DNA of 45,355 bases, counting the filler, from Streblomastix strix (lineage: Eukaryota), in the NCBI GenBank assembly GCA_008636045.1. It is 2 parts of 2 records of this genome, joined end to end, with 100 filler letters (N's around TTAATTAATTAA, not from the genome) between each part and the next. Parts side by side here need not be neighbours in the genome. Positions count along the whole stretch, not along the records: positions 22,738 to 45,355 come from SNRW01000316.1; 1 more part is not named here. The stretch is one strand, 5' to 3'. The position numbers and the translations under genes are program-made. How positions within the stretch are numbered: position 1 is the stretch's first letter; each line of letters opens with the position of its first letter. This document shows positions 44,201 through 45,355 of this stretch, one piece after another. Under the pieces are notes generated by a model that made no database searches, was not told where the DNA came from, and saw only the letters and a program-made list of their open reading frames with translations.

Positions 44201-45355
44201 AGAAAATTGCACTGAAATAATAAAAGGAATTAAATTCGTATTAATTGCAGAAGAATTGAGATAACCATATGAAGGAGATGAATAGTTAAAGAAAAAGATT
44301 TAAAATAAATAAGAAGGATTTTGCATTCTTTTATCAATATTGATTAAAGTCAGCAAAGATGATTAGCTTCGCAAGAAAATAATAAATTCTGGAATTGTTG
44401 ATTCTCTTCTCTTTATATTTGAAACTCGAGACCTTTCATCAATTACATTATCATATATTGATTTATTCTTCAACTTGACTACAGGAAATGATGAAGATAA
44501 TTTACTTCTTTATTCCAAAAATCCTTATCCCTATCTTTTACATCTTCTTGATCATTCTGAAAACGAGATAATTAATCTTGCTATAAAATCAATTTTAAAT
44601 ATTCTTACTTCCGGATCAAATTCAACATCCTCATAATCTGAACATCCTCATTTCAAGACAATTTAATCAAATAATAGAGTTGAAAAACTTTACACACTAT
44701 TCACAAATGCAGATACAAATAAAGAAATTAAAGACTTAATTGCTATTTGCATCGGAAGACTCTTTAGGGCAAAGACAATTCCTGATGCAATCCGAGTAGA
44801 AATCATTGATCATTTTATAGAACTTATTGGAGACTCTGATAAATAGACAAGAGCAGAAGCAGTGATTAGACTTTCTGATATTGCTCAAAATACTGGTATT
44901 TATTATACGATTGAATTTTTGTTTATTTACTATATATTTTAGATTTATTATTAATTTTATTATTAATTTTATTGTTTATTTATTACTATATATGTTTATA
45001 ATTAATATATTCATAGAAAATCGCACTTAAATAATCAAGATCATTGATTTCATTTCTATTGCTGAAGAACTAAGAGAACCTTTTGAAGGTGATGAAGAGT
45101 CAAAAAGTGAGATATTGAATAAGCATGAAGGACTTTGCAATCTTATCTACATTATTCTGCATTAAAAGAAAGATGATCAGCTCAGAAAGCAGATAATAAA
45201 TTCTGGAGTTGTAGATTCCCTTCTGTCAATCTTTGGAACACGCGAACTTTCCTCAATAACATATCCATTAGTTAATACTTTCTTCCAATTTACTGATAGA
45301 ACCACTGATGAAGTTAATTTGCTTCTCTATTCGAAGAAACCTTATTCTTAACTAT
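35245..45355 (+). CDS. Pseudokinase followed by a tandem array of at least 10 ARM/HEAT-like ~232-aa repeats (3'-partial)
   Basis: MEQQLTEVLKQ start; kinase fold with LGKSSSSHV, VAAK, LMEYAN, HENIKGQN, ADFE, PPE, VDVWSAG and DRIS. Repeat 1 ends at 38338; repeat exons are 38448-39146, 39277-39969, 40137-40832, 40939-41643, 41778-42467, 42615-43310, 43429-44124, 44203-44895 and 45017->45355, with recurring motifs [46 protein letters not shown] and LAQNS. The ARM/HEAT assignment is from the helical pattern only. Confidence 0.88.

Overview
AT-rich, intron-dense eukaryotic DNA that uses the non-standard code TAA/TAG = Gln with TGA as the stop (translation table 6). The standard-code ORF track is therefore mostly fragments or spurious frames. 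The code, the short GT-AG introns and the gene families fit an oxymonad such as Streblomastix (inference, not verified). The window is two unrelated contigs joined by an artificial 100-nt spacer (44N-TTAATTAATTAA-44N, 22638-22737). Left contig: the 5' part of UBC12, a C2-domain pseudogene, two tiny spliced ORFs, a damaged myristoylated NEK-like kinase/UBZ-like finger/ARM-repeat gene, and a ~2,400-aa uncharacterised minus-strand protein. Right contig: a degenerate DIRS-type tyrosine-recombinase retrotransposon with inverted repeats, an intact receptor-like kinase (beta-helix ectodomain, TM helix, non-RD kinase), an E2 whose catalytic Cys is Ser, and a pseudokinase followed by at least 10 ~232-aa ARM/HEAT-like repeats. 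Most of those repeats are each encoded by one symmetric phase-1 exon and show patchwork homogenisation. All translations were done by hand; no searches were run.
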